From Candidatus Woesebacteria bacterium UBA5941 (GTDB taxonomy: Bacteria > Patescibacteriota > Microgenomatia > UBA8517): a DNA stretch of 64,000 nucleotides. Every line of letters begins with the position of its first letter. Position 1 is the first letter of the stretch. Of the stretch, positions 18,789-28,201 are shown piece by piece. The notes beneath the pieces were generated by a model. That model made no database searches. It was not told where the DNA came from and saw only the letters and a program-made list of their open reading frames with translations. A program made the translations under genes and the position numbers. The stretch spans positions 17,238 through 81,237 of the forward strand of contig DJCV01000017.1 of the NCBI GenBank assembly GCA_002430735.1. Reading direction: 5' to 3'.

Positions 18789-19589
18789 ATGAAGGGTGAA
18801 TTCGTTGAAATTATTTGGAACCATTACAAAACGAATAAGCGTTCATTTCCATGGAGAGAAACGCAGAATCCATACTTTATTTTTCTCTCTGAAGTAATGC
18901 TGCAACAAACACAAACATCCAGAGTTGTTGAGAAGTATAACGAGTTTATTGAACTGTTTCCGACAGTCACACATTTGGCTGCAGCGGACTTTTCGCAGGT
19001 GCTCACTCATTGGAGTGGTCTTGGTTACAATCGTCGTGCGAAGTTTTTATGGGAAGCTGCAAAGCAAATACAAACACTCCATGAAGGAAAAATTCCACAT
19101 GACGTAACAAAGCTCGATGCCCTACCGGGAATTGGATACAACACAGCCGCCGCGATACTCGTCTATGCGTTTAATACTCCTATTGCATTTATTGAGACGA
19201 ATATTCGACGCATCTATATTCATCATTTTTTCTCACACAGGAAGCTGGTTTCTGATGCTGAGTTATTACCACTCATCGCAGAAACAATGGACAGAGACAA
19301 TCCTCGTGAATGGTTTTGGGCTCTCATGGATTATGGATCAAATCTTGCAAAGACAACGACAAACCCAAACCGTAAAAGTAAACACTATTCAAAACAATCA
19401 ACTTTCACTGGTTCAGTTCGCCAGGTGCGGGGGAGTATTTTAAAATTACTCATAGCGAATAAAACGCTCAATAAAAGTAAACTAAAAGATCTCGTAGAAG
19501 GCGACAAGGCTCATTTTGATGCAGCGGTAGCACAACTTCTGAGCGAAGGTTTTATTAGGAGAAAAGGGCAGAATATTACTTTACAATGA
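18789..19589 (+). CDS. mutY: A/G-specific adenine glycosylase, short Fe-S-cluster-less form
   Basis: PWR, SEVMLQQT, WSGLGYNRRA, LPGIG HhH, ETNIRR, ALMDYG; no Cys cluster. Confidence 0.85.
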   Translation: MKGEFVEIIWNHYKTNKRSFPWRETQNPYFIFLSEVMLQQTQTSRVVEKYNEFIELFPTVTHLAAADFSQVLTHWSGLGYNRRAKFLWEAAKQIQTLHEGKIPHDVTKLDALPGIGYNTAAAILVYAFNTPIAFIETNIRRIYIHHFFSHRKLVSDAELLPLIAETMDRDNPREWFWALMDYGSNLAKTTTNPNRKSKHYSKQSTFTGSVRQVRGSILKLLIANKTLNKSKLKDLVEGDKAHFDAAVAQLLSEGFIRRKGQNITLQ

Positions 19590-19592
19590 AGT

Positions 19593-20870
19593 ATGCGCAA
19601 ATTTTTTTATGTAAGACTTAACAAGTTTTGGAAAATATTGGGACCTGGTTTTACGACTGGAGCAGCTGACGATGATCCTTCAGGGATTGCAACCTATTCA
19701 CAAGCAGGGGCACAGTTTGGGCTTTCTATGTTATGGCTTGCTCCGCTTTCGTTTCCGTTAATGTCATTGGTACAAGAAATGTGCGCACGAATTGGTATTG
19801 CGACGGGTCGAGGACTTGCTGCAAATATAAGGCGCCATTTTCCACGCCCAATTTTATATTTCGTTACATTTCTACTCATTGGTGCAAATATTCTTAACAT
19901 TGGTGCAGATTTAGGGGCAATGGCACAAGCGCTGCAGCTCTTGATCCCAGTTCCGACACTGTATATTGTCGTGTTTTTCGCAGTTGTCAGTTTGTTGCTT
20001 CAGATTTTTCTTTCGTATGCGACATATGCGCGCTATCTAAAGTGGCTGGCTCTTATTTTACTGGCGTATGTGGTTTCTGCACTTTCCGTCTCCGGTATTG
20101 ATTGGAGCAAAGTACTTCTAAAAGCGGTGACTCCTGAATTTCTCTTCAATAGAGAATTTATCTTAATGGTTTGTGCCATCCTTGGTACAACGATTTCGCC
20201 ATATCTTTTCTTTTGGCAGACATCGCAAGAGGTAGAGGACGGTATTGAAAAAGGACGAACAAGTATTGCGAAGAGAGCAGATGCGGCAACACCAAAAGCA
20301 ATGCGCTCTATGCAAATAGATGTATGGTTTGGCATGCTTTTTAGTAATTTAATTATGTTTTTTATTATTGCAGCGACTGCATTCACCCTGTTTCAATCAG
20401 GAGCAGGCGAGATTACCTCAGCCGCAGATGCTGCACTCGCACTCCGACCATTTGTTGGTGATTTGTCATATATGATCTTCGCGCTTGGCATTATTGGAAC
20501 TGGATTGCTTGCAATCCCAGTCCTCGCCGGGTCTGCTGCATATGCGCTGAGTGAAAGTCTTGGGCTTCGCGAGGGTCTGAATAAAAAATGGCATCAGGCA
20601 GTGCCCTTTTATACCATTCTTATTTTCTCAGTCGTTGTTGGAGCACTGATCAATGTATTGGGCATAGACAGTATAAAAACACTAATCTACTCCGCCATTT
20701 TAAATGGTCTTGTCGCACCGTTTATTTTGATTGTGATCGTCTTACTTTCTCAGAACAAACAGGTTATGGGGAAGTATGTAAATAATCCAATAACCACAAT
20801 ATTTGGGTGGATTGTTGCAGGAATTATGTCTGTTGTAGGGGTGATAGCGGTGTATTCTTTGATACAATGA
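19593..20870 (+). CDS. NRAMP-family divalent metal transporter
   Basis: GPG..GAADDDPSGIATYSQAGA, QEMCARIG, GTTISPYLFFWQ. Confidence 0.92.
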   Translation: MRKFFYVRLNKFWKILGPGFTTGAADDDPSGIATYSQAGAQFGLSMLWLAPLSFPLMSLVQEMCARIGIATGRGLAANIRRHFPRPILYFVTFLLIGANILNIGADLGAMAQALQLLIPVPTLYIVVFFAVVSLLLQIFLSYATYARYLKWLALILLAYVVSALSVSGIDWSKVLLKAVTPEFLFNREFILMVCAILGTTISPYLFFWQTSQEVEDGIEKGRTSIAKRADAATPKAMRSMQIDVWFGMLFSNLIMFFIIAATAFTLFQSGAGEITSAADAALALRPFVGDLSYMIFALGIIGTGLLAIPVLAGSAAYALSESLGLREGLNKKWHQAVPFYTILIFSVVVGALINVLGIDSIKTLIYSAILNGLVAPFILIVIVLLSQNKQVMGKYVNNPITTIFGWIVAGIMSVVGVIAVYSLIQ

Positions 20871-20983
20871 TATGAAGAGGAGTCAGCAGTGCCCACAGTG
20901 CAAAAAAGCAATTGGAATACTGTCTGGGTCGCTTGATGCTATTTGCAAAAATTGTGGGTATAAAGATCCCTGTTGTGAGTAAT

Positions 20984-21703
20984 ATGAAAAAAACACTTCC
21001 CATTATTAGTTCAGTACTATTCCTGCTTTCAGCGGTCTCTCCTGTGAGTGCTGCATTTTTGACTGTTACCAAGGATGGAAGTGTCCGCACAAATGTATTG
21101 GGCGATGCAACATCCGAGAAGGGAGATATGAAAGTTGCTTCAGTTATTGCAAGTGCAAAACAGGTTGCAGATGCAACCTTGAGCATTATAAAAGATGGTG
21201 AGAAGAGCTTTCTATCTATTGAATCCCCAACTGGAAATGATCGAAAAGATGTGACTTCTTTGACCCAAGATATCGTAGAGATCGAACAAGATGATGCTCC
21301 TAAAACGATAACGATTGGGAAAGTTGACGACAATTTTGGTATATCCCAAGCAGGCATTACAGCGCTTACTTCGTATCCTATTCATATCAATGCGGAAGAT
21401 CGCACAATTTCAGTTGCAACGGGTTCAGGCGAGCGAATAGTTCACATCTTACCTGATGAAGCGGTTGAAACCTTAGTTCGCGCAAATATTATCAACGTGC
21501 TGTCTCAAGACGGTCAGGTGGTACTCGGAGAAAGTGATACTGGTGAATTAACCTATTCAATCCCAGCTGAGCGGAATATAAATCTGTTTAATATTCATAC
21601 AGTTCAAGTTCCTGTGAACACAACGGTGTCAGCAACAAGTGGAAAAGTATTGAAGATTGATCAGCCAAAATGGTTGACTCTGTTTGGATTCTTGTTTAGT
21701 TAA
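20984..21703 (+). CDS. Secreted hypothetical protein
   Basis: Signal peptide MKKTLPII...VSA, beta-rich body, PKWLTLFGFLFS tail. Confidence 0.7.
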   Translation: MKKTLPIISSVLFLLSAVSPVSAAFLTVTKDGSVRTNVLGDATSEKGDMKVASVIASAKQVADATLSIIKDGEKSFLSIESPTGNDRKDVTSLTQDIVEIEQDDAPKTITIGKVDDNFGISQAGITALTSYPIHINAEDRTISVATGSGERIVHILPDEAVETLVRANIINVLSQDGQVVLGESDTGELTYSIPAERNINLFNIHTVQVPVNTTVSATSGKVLKIDQPKWLTLFGFLFS

Positions 21704-21716
21704 AGGAGGTGCTTTT

Positions 21717-21962
21717 ATGAATATCACAATTTACTCAACAACAACCTGTCCGTATTGCAAAATGTTAAAGAATTATTTAACAGAAAAGGGAGTGGCATTT
21801 GAAGAAAAGCTAACTGACCAAGATCAAAAAATTCAAGAAGAAATGATTGCTGCTTCGAATGGCTTTTTAGGGGTACCCTTTACCGTTGTGACAAAAGCAG
21901 ACGGAAGTAAAGAACATATTATTGGCTTTGATAAAACAAAGATAGATAGTATAGTTGGTTAA
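21717..21962 (+). CDS. Glutaredoxin-like protein (NrdH/YruB type)
   Basis: YSTTTCPYC, GVP, IIGFD; AAAGGAGGTG SD. Confidence 0.92.
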   Translation: MNITIYSTTTCPYCKMLKNYLTEKGVAFEEKLTDQDQKIQEEMIAASNGFLGVPFTVVTKADGSKEHIIGFDKTKIDSIVG

Positions 21963-21971
21963 ACCCTGCCC

Positions 21972-22628
21972 ATGATTTTTATTAACTTCAAGACATACGA
22001 AGAAGCTACTGGAGAGAAAGGTCTATCTCTCTTGAACGATATTGGGGAAGTCTCAAAGACCACAAACGTACCGCTAATACCTCTAGTGCAGCCTATTGAT
22101 TTAGGTTATTTCTCTGGAAAGACGCTCCTTCATTTGTGGTGCCAACATATTGATCCTATTACATATGGTGCACATACTGGGTGGGTTCTGCCTGAGGCGG
22201 TTGTCGGGCTTGCAGGGAAAGGTGTCTGCTTAAATCATTCTGAGCACCAAATTCCGATGGACGTATTGGTTCAATCGGTGAAACGAGCACAAGATGTCGG
22301 TTTAAAGACACTCGTTTTTGCGAAGGACGTCATGACCCTTCAAGAAATCTTAAAGCTTCGTCCGGATTATGTGTCCTATGAACCACCAGAGTTAGTAGGC
22401 AGTACGACAACTTCAGTTTCTCAAGCAAAGCCGGAGGTGATTTATGCTGCCGGAGAATTGTGTAAAAATGCAGGAATACCACTGATTGTAGGAGCTGGTA
22501 TCCATTCAACAGAGGATGTTCAAATTGCAATCGAGCGTGGAGCGCAAGGCGTTGCCGTCGCGACTGATGTGGTGAAATCCGCGGACCGAATTGAACGTTT
22601 GAAACAACTTCTTGCAGGATTTAAATAA
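21972..22628 (+). CDS. tpiA: Triosephosphate isomerase, archaeal-type short form
   Basis: INFKTY, QHID, NHSEH, YEPPELVGS, VGAGI; 218 aa. Confidence 0.93.
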   Translation: MIFINFKTYEEATGEKGLSLLNDIGEVSKTTNVPLIPLVQPIDLGYFSGKTLLHLWCQHIDPITYGAHTGWVLPEAVVGLAGKGVCLNHSEHQIPMDVLVQSVKRAQDVGLKTLVFAKDVMTLQEILKLRPDYVSYEPPELVGSTTTSVSQAKPEVIYAAGELCKNAGIPLIVGAGIHSTEDVQIAIERGAQGVAVATDVVKSADRIERLKQLLAGFK

Positions 22629-22681
22629 GCTTCAGATAGTTGTTCTTGCGATTGGGATACAAACTGGGCTATAGTGAGCCT

Positions 22682-23131
22682 GTGAAAATATACATTGGAG
22701 CAGATCACCGTGGGTACGAATTGAAGAACCATCTTACGCGGTATCTTGAGCGCGAAAAGATTTCTGTTCAAGACGTTGGTGCATTTACCCTTGATCCCAA
22801 AGATGACTACACCCTCTATGCACAAAAGGTTGCGTCGTTGGTTTCATCCCACCCTGAAGATTTAGGTATTCTCTTATGCGGCTCAGGAGTAGGGGTAGAT
22901 GTGACGGCAAATAAGTTTGATAAAGTACGCGCTTCAATAGGTCTCTCTCCTGAACAAGTAACGGCAGGTCGTGCACACGATGATATGAATGTGTTAGTGA
23001 TTGCTGCGGATTTTACAAAAGAGCACGCAGCGCAACAGCTTGTTCACAGCTTTATCCACACTTCTTTTGATGCGCTAAAACGACATAAAGATCGATTGCT
23101 TGAGATAGAACGCATCGAAGAAAACAATTAA
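22682..23131 (+). CDS. rpiB: Ribose-5-phosphate isomerase B
   Basis: IGADHRG, DDY, LLCGSGVG, ANK, HDDMNVL, RH..RL; GTG start 6 nt after TATAGT. Confidence 0.93.
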   Translation: MKIYIGADHRGYELKNHLTRYLEREKISVQDVGAFTLDPKDDYTLYAQKVASLVSSHPEDLGILLCGSGVGVDVTANKFDKVRASIGLSPEQVTAGRAHDDMNVLVIAADFTKEHAAQQLVHSFIHTSFDALKRHKDRLLEIERIEENN

Positions 23132-23134
23132 CGA

Positions 23135-24196
23135 ATGGAACATACAGTACCCACGATTGATCAAAAAGATTACGCTGGAAAACGAGTTATTGTCAGAGCA
23201 GACCTTGATGTTAAATTTGATGAACGCAATGAAGTCAAAGATGATGCACGATTGCAAGAGCTTCTGCCAACGTTGAATTATTTATTAGAAAAAGGTGCAC
23301 AAAAAGTAACGCTTATTGGTCACATGGGGAGGCCCGACGGAGAGCCAAATAGCACATTTAGCTTGGCCCCCTTGGAACAGTATTTCAAGACACACTATAC
23401 TCCAGACGTTGCATTTCTTCCGCATCGCCCAATGAGCACATTTCATGAGACGTATGATGAATTCTCAAGAATTCAGGCGAGACTCGTCATTCTAGAAAAT
23501 CTTCGCTTTTACAAAGAAGAAGAGAATAATGGGCAAAACCTAGGAGAGGAATTGTCGTATTTTGGTGACGCGTATGTAAACGACGCGTTTGCGAGCTCTC
23601 ACCGTGAGCATGCGTCTATTGTTGGATTACCCAAAATAATGAAGTCAAAAAATCCTGATTCTGTTGCCGCTGGTACTCATTTGGCTCAAGAAATTCAAAT
23701 GCTTTCAAAGGTTCGCGAAAGCCAACAACATCCCGTTATATTCTTGATTAGTGGACTCAAAGAAGACAAACTGACCTTTTTACCTCAATTTAAAACAATG
23801 GCGGACCAGATTTTGATTGCCGGAAGACTCCCGGACTTTATGCCAGAAGATCAGGGCGACCCTCAACTGGTTGTCGCACGACTCAATCCCGATAAAGAAG
23901 ATATTACTGTTCACTCAATTGAACAGTTTGAGCAAATTATTTCAAGCGCACGAACCATTTTTGTGAGCGGACCGATGGGCAAATTCGAAGAACCTGGGCA
24001 TCGACTTGGTACCCAACGGATATTTGAAGCAGTGGCTAAAGCAAGTGCGCTAAAAATTGCAGGTGGTGGGGATACAACATCCGCAATCACCATGCTAAAA
24101 CTAACGGAAAGTTTTGATTGGATCTCTACAGGAGGGGGAGCGAGTTTAGAATTTATTGCAAAAGGCAGCTTGCCTGGAATTGACATCCTCAGGTGA
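23135..24196 (+). CDS. pgk: Phosphoglycerate kinase (shortened C-domain)
   Basis: VRADLDV, HMGRP, LENLRF, VNDAFASSHREHAS, GPMGKFE, GGGDT, ISTGGGASLEF. Confidence 0.93.
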   Translation: MEHTVPTIDQKDYAGKRVIVRADLDVKFDERNEVKDDARLQELLPTLNYLLEKGAQKVTLIGHMGRPDGEPNSTFSLAPLEQYFKTHYTPDVAFLPHRPMSTFHETYDEFSRIQARLVILENLRFYKEEENNGQNLGEELSYFGDAYVNDAFASSHREHASIVGLPKIMKSKNPDSVAAGTHLAQEIQMLSKVRESQQHPVIFLISGLKEDKLTFLPQFKTMADQILIAGRLPDFMPEDQGDPQLVVARLNPDKEDITVHSIEQFEQIISSARTIFVSGPMGKFEEPGHRLGTQRIFEAVAKASALKIAGGGDTTSAITMLKLTESFDWISTGGGASLEFIAKGSLPGIDILR

Positions 24197-24227
24197 AAAA
24201 GGAGAAACACTAGAAAGCGTTTCTCCT
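24196..24227 (-). terminator. Intrinsic terminator of the minus-strand ORFan
   Basis: Minus strand AGGAGAAACGCT-ttct-AGTGTTTCTCCT-TTTT. Confidence 0.75.
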
Positions 24228-24236
24228 GTCATCACA

Positions 24237-24650
24237 TCAAAATACTGACGTGATTGCGTAAAACAAAAGATGACCTACAACCATTAAGTACACCGTTGTG
24301 CCTAGAAAAAGCAGCACAACGAACGATACAAACGAGACTTTCTTGTCATCGAGTAATCCAGTAAATTCCGTTGACAGCTCAGTCGTTGCGCGAGGCAACA
24401 CCAACAACACATCGCTCGCACACTTTACCTTTATAATCGCTTCGTTGAGCCATTCAAGCTCCTCGAACAAATACAAGATCGCAGTTCCAACAACAATCGC
24501 ACAGATGGTCGCAATCCAACTGAATACAGCCAGAAATGCGAAATACAAAATGTTTCGCTCTGCGGCTACTACTTCATAGATCGGCGTCGCAAGAACTGAC
24601 ATTACAATAGGAATTAACAGATATACGACTGTTCGCACTAAGCTATTCAC
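24237..24650 (-). CDS. Hypothetical membrane protein (ORFan cassette between pgk and gap)
   Basis: 137 aa, 3 TM segments, GGAG/AGGA upstream of GTG, own terminator. Confidence 0.6.
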   Translation of the reverse strand: MNSLVRTVVYLLIPIVMSVLATPIYEVVAAERNILYFAFLAVFSWIATICAIVVGTAILYLFEELEWLNEAIIKVKCASDVLLVLPRATTELSTEFTGLLDDKKVSFVSFVVLLFLGTTVYLMVVGHLLFYAITSVF

Positions 24651-24747
24651 GATATCCTATCTCCACTTATACTCAGTTGCCGCATTATATTCGATATTAT
24701 GCAAGGTTTCCATTGCTTGGTTTGGAAAGTGGTCATATACTGGATAT

Positions 24748-25857
24748 ATGGTAAAAGTTGGGATAAACGGATTTGGTCGTATTGGGCGGTTGGCACTCCG
24801 TGTATCTCTTTTGCATCACCAAAATGAGGTCCAAGTTGTTGCGATTAATACCTCCGGTTCAATGGATACCGCGGGGTGGGCGCATTTAGTCAATTACGAC
24901 ACTACATACCGAAAATTCGCGCACGAGATCTTGGCTGAAGAAGTGAAACCTTCAAAAGAAGCCACAGACGAAGATCCATTAATTGGGTATTTAAAAGTTT
25001 CAGGGACCGATATTAAAATTCCAGTATTTGCTCAAAAAGACCCGACCAAAATTCCATGGGGGAAGTATGGTGCTGATGTTGTAATTGAATCAACCGGTAA
25101 ATTTATTACGGCAGAGGACGCATCAAAACATGCCACAGGAGGTGCCAAGCGTGTGGTTATTTCTGCCCCTGGAAAGGGATCAAATGTGAATACCTACGTA
25201 ATCGGGGTAAACGAGTATCAGGGAACAAATACCGTTCTTTCCAATGCGAGTTGTACCACAAATTGCATTGCGCCAGTTGCAGCAGTTCTTCATGCAAAGT
25301 TTGGCATTGAAAAAGCAATGATGACAACCATTCACGCCTACACTGATGATCAAAATCTGCAAGATAATTCCCACCGTGATTTGCGTCGTGCGCGAGCTGC
25401 TGGTGAGAATATTATTCCGACATCAACTGGAGCTGCGGTTGCCGTCACTGAAACTATTCCAGAGCTAAAAGGTTTATTCGATGGGCAAGCACTGAGAGTA
25501 CCTGTTGTTACTGGCTCAATTACTGACTTTACGATCCTCCTGAAACAAAATGTAACGGTTGATCAGGTAAACCAAGCGTTTAAGGACGCAACAGAAAACA
25601 TGTTGTATAAAGGTATTCTAGCGGCCTCAAATGAGCCACTCGTCAGCAGCGATATTATTGGGAGAAGCGAGTCTTCGATCGTTGATCTTTCGATGACACA
25701 AGTCGTTGGTGGGAACTTTATCAAAGTGTTTGCATGGTATGACAACGAGTGGGGGTATACGAATCGACTTGTTGAACAAGTTATCAGAGTAGGGCGAACA
25801 CTTGATTCTCACGTTGCTCCAACGGATCCAATTACGGCAACATTTCAAACGCCGTAA
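24748..25857 (+). CDS. gap: Type I glyceraldehyde-3-phosphate dehydrogenase
   Basis: GINGFGRIGR, ESTG, SNASCTTNC, HRDLRRARA, RVP, WYDNEWGY. Confidence 0.97.
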   Translation: MVKVGINGFGRIGRLALRVSLLHHQNEVQVVAINTSGSMDTAGWAHLVNYDTTYRKFAHEILAEEVKPSKEATDEDPLIGYLKVSGTDIKIPVFAQKDPTKIPWGKYGADVVIESTGKFITAEDASKHATGGAKRVVISAPGKGSNVNTYVIGVNEYQGTNTVLSNASCTTNCIAPVAAVLHAKFGIEKAMMTTIHAYTDDQNLQDNSHRDLRRARAAGENIIPTSTGAAVAVTETIPELKGLFDGQALRVPVVTGSITDFTILLKQNVTVDQVNQAFKDATENMLYKGILAASNEPLVSSDIIGRSESSIVDLSMTQVVGGNFIKVFAWYDNEWGYTNRLVEQVIRVGRTLDSHVAPTDPITATFQTP

Positions 25858-25897
25858 ATTGCTATACTTATAAAAACCTACAATAGGAGGTATTCAG

Positions 25898-26029
25898 ATG
25901 CGTATCATTGGTCGAGTGTTTCGGTGTGTTTTGACGAGGTTTTTTTATCAGCTCAATTGTGCGACTGTTTCCATTCAACGATGGTGGGAAACGCGAATAG
26001 TGGAAATGTTGGCTGAACGCGCAGATTGA
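25898..26029 (+). CDS. 43 aa small protein (ORFan cassette; not in ORF track)
   Basis: TGCTATACT, leader, AGGAGG SD, MRIIGRVFRCVLTRFFYQLNCATVSIQRWWETRIVEMLAERAD, then terminator. Confidence 0.55.
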   Translation: MRIIGRVFRCVLTRFFYQLNCATVSIQRWWETRIVEMLAERAD

Positions 26030-26048
26030 GGTTCGGATTATCCTGAAT

Positions 26049-26074
26049 GGGTGGCAATATGCCACCCTTTTTTT
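26049..26074 (+). terminator. Intrinsic terminator
   Basis: GGGTGGCA-ata-TGCCACCC-T7. Confidence 0.85.
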
Positions 26075-26087
26075 GATACACTAAGTG

Positions 26088-26732
26088 ATGCTCATAATCC
26101 CCGCGATATTAACGAACGACCCCGATGAAGCCCGAAGTTTATTGGCGCTCTGTGAAGATAAAGTGAAACGCATTCAGATCGATATCATCGATGGCGAGTT
26201 TGCTAACAATAAGACCATCACTCCTGTTGTGTTTGAGGATTCAGAAACGAAAGTATTTATCGATTATCATTTGATGGTTAATGACCCAATCAATTGGATT
26301 GCACAATGTGCCCGAGGCGCAGGAGATCGGGTCATTGGTCAAATCGAAATGATGCCAAACCAGGAAGCATTTATTTTGAAAGCGCAAGAACTTGGTATTG
26401 ATGTGGGGCTTGCCATTGATCTTGAAACCCCCGTACACAAACTGGATCACTCCCTATTTGCTGATTTAGATGTCATTCTCGTTATGAGTGTGAAAGCTGG
26501 GTTTGGAGGCCAAGAGTTCCACCACGAATCCTTAGAAAAAATTAAAGAATTGGCCCGTATTCGGGACGAACATGGATATTCGTACAACATTTGTGATGAC
26601 GGTGGAATAACAACTGCCGTGGTCGATAATCTCGCTCGAGAAGGGGCGGATGAAGTTGCTGTTGGGAAAAGAATCTTTGAAGGAGACTTGGAAGAAAATA
26701 TTGAGCAATTCAAAAAGGCGGCAATAAGGTAA
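26088..26732 (+). CDS. rpe: Ribulose-phosphate 3-epimerase
   Basis: PAIL, QIDIIDG, DYHLMV, LVMSVKAGFGGQ, DGGI, GAD..VG. Confidence 0.9.
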   Translation: MLIIPAILTNDPDEARSLLALCEDKVKRIQIDIIDGEFANNKTITPVVFEDSETKVFIDYHLMVNDPINWIAQCARGAGDRVIGQIEMMPNQEAFILKAQELGIDVGLAIDLETPVHKLDHSLFADLDVILVMSVKAGFGGQEFHHESLEKIKELARIRDEHGYSYNICDDGGITTAVVDNLAREGADEVAVGKRIFEGDLEENIEQFKKAAIR

Positions 26733-26742
26733 TATAAAAGAT

Positions 26743-27381
26743 ATGGCACATCAAAGCGAAGAACACGCATTTATCAGTAGACCAATTATTAAAAACATCG
26801 CCTTCTTCGGTGATGCAAACTTAAATCCGACGACTGACGTATATAAAGATGCCTTTGCCATTGCACAAACACTTGCAGAACAAGGATTTACGATTGTAGA
26901 TGGTGGTGGTCCTGGGGTAATGGATGCTGCGACGAAAGGTGCAGTCGCAGGTCATGGTGAAACGATTTCAGTGACATTTTATCCAAAAGAAGCTCCCGGG
27001 TTTGAAGGACGATATGTGGGGAACGTTACCGACCTTGAAATTAAAACTACAAATTACATCGAGCGAATGTTTAAGCTCATGGAACATGCCGATGTTTTTG
27101 TGATCTTTAATGGTGGAACGGGTACACTTTCAGAGTTTGGTACCGCTTGGGTGCTCGCCAAGCTCTATTATGGGCACCATAAGCCATTTATCCTTTTCGG
27201 TGACTTTTGGATCCCAATTATTGATGCAATTAAAAGTAATATGTATATCGATCGAAAGGAAATGGCGGTATTTGAGATTGTCACCAGAAGAGAAGATGTT
27301 CTCCCAACCATTCAGCGGTTTGAAAAGAAAGCACGATCAATTGCCAGTGAATTGAAACATGCTCACGAACATGGCCACTAA
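26743..27381 (+). CDS. LOG-family protein (putative nucleotide 5'-monophosphate nucleosidase)
   Basis: GGGPGVMDA, ER...ADVF, NGGTGTLSE (PGGxGTxxE variant). Confidence 0.88.
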   Translation: MAHQSEEHAFISRPIIKNIAFFGDANLNPTTDVYKDAFAIAQTLAEQGFTIVDGGGPGVMDAATKGAVAGHGETISVTFYPKEAPGFEGRYVGNVTDLEIKTTNYIERMFKLMEHADVFVIFNGGTGTLSEFGTAWVLAKLYYGHHKPFILFGDFWIPIIDAIKSNMYIDRKEMAVFEIVTRREDVLPTIQRFEKKARSIASELKHAHEHGH

Positions 27382-28201
27382 TCTTCCTCAAGACGAACTT
27401 CGCGCGCACGCTCAGGCCATTCGTATCGACATCATAAAAATGCTGAACCAAGCTGGATCCGGTCATGCGGGTGGATCTTTAGGCATGGCTGATATTTTTA
27501 CTGCGCTGTACTTTAGGGTCATGCATCATGAGCCAGAGAACCCATTGTGGGAAGATCGCGATCGTCTTTTTTTAAGTAACGGACATATCGTTCCTGTTCG
27601 GTATGCAGCCATGGCACACGCTGGCTATTTTCCGATTAGTGCGCTCAAAACGCTACGGAAGCTCGACTCTGATTTACAAGGACATCCAGAGCGAGTGCGC
27701 ATGCCTGCCTTGGAGACGACGTCAGGACCACTTGGGAGTGGATTAGGACAAGCCGCAGGCTATGCTTATGCTGCACGGATGGACAATAGACGTTTTCGTG
27801 TTTACTGCGTAACAAGCGATGGAGAGCATAACGAGGGGAACCATTGGGAAGCTGTGATGTTTGCAGCAAAATACAAGCTTTCTCATTTAACGCTGTTTAT
27901 TGATCGAAATAATATTCAAATTGATGGATTCACAAACGATGTTATGCCGCTTGAGCCATTGAGCGAAAAATATAAAGCCTTTAATTGGAATGTGATTCAA
28001 ATTGATGGACATGATTTTTATCAGATTTTGTCAGCAGTTGAACAAGCTCGGAGTGAATATCAACGCCCCACTGTTATTATTGCCAAGACAATCCCGGGTA
28101 AAGGCGTGAGTTTTATGGAAAATAAATTTGAATGGCACGGAAAGGTACCGAACGATGAGGAGGCAAAACGCGCTATAAAAGAACTACAAAAAAATGCTTA
28201 A
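27371..28201 (+). CDS. Transketolase, N-terminal (TPP-binding) subunit
   Basis: GSGHAGGSLG, DRLFLSNGH, LQGHP, SGPLGSG, SDGE..EG..WEA, DGH, GKG, WHG; alternative start 27359. Confidence 0.95.
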   Translation: MATNLPQDELRAHAQAIRIDIIKMLNQAGSGHAGGSLGMADIFTALYFRVMHHEPENPLWEDRDRLFLSNGHIVPVRYAAMAHAGYFPISALKTLRKLDSDLQGHPERVRMPALETTSGPLGSGLGQAAGYAYAARMDNRRFRVYCVTSDGEHNEGNHWEAVMFAAKYKLSHLTLFIDRNNIQIDGFTNDVMPLEPLSEKYKAFNWNVIQIDGHDFYQILSAVEQARSEYQRPTVIIAKTIPGKGVSFMENKFEWHGKVPNDEEAKRAIKELQKNA

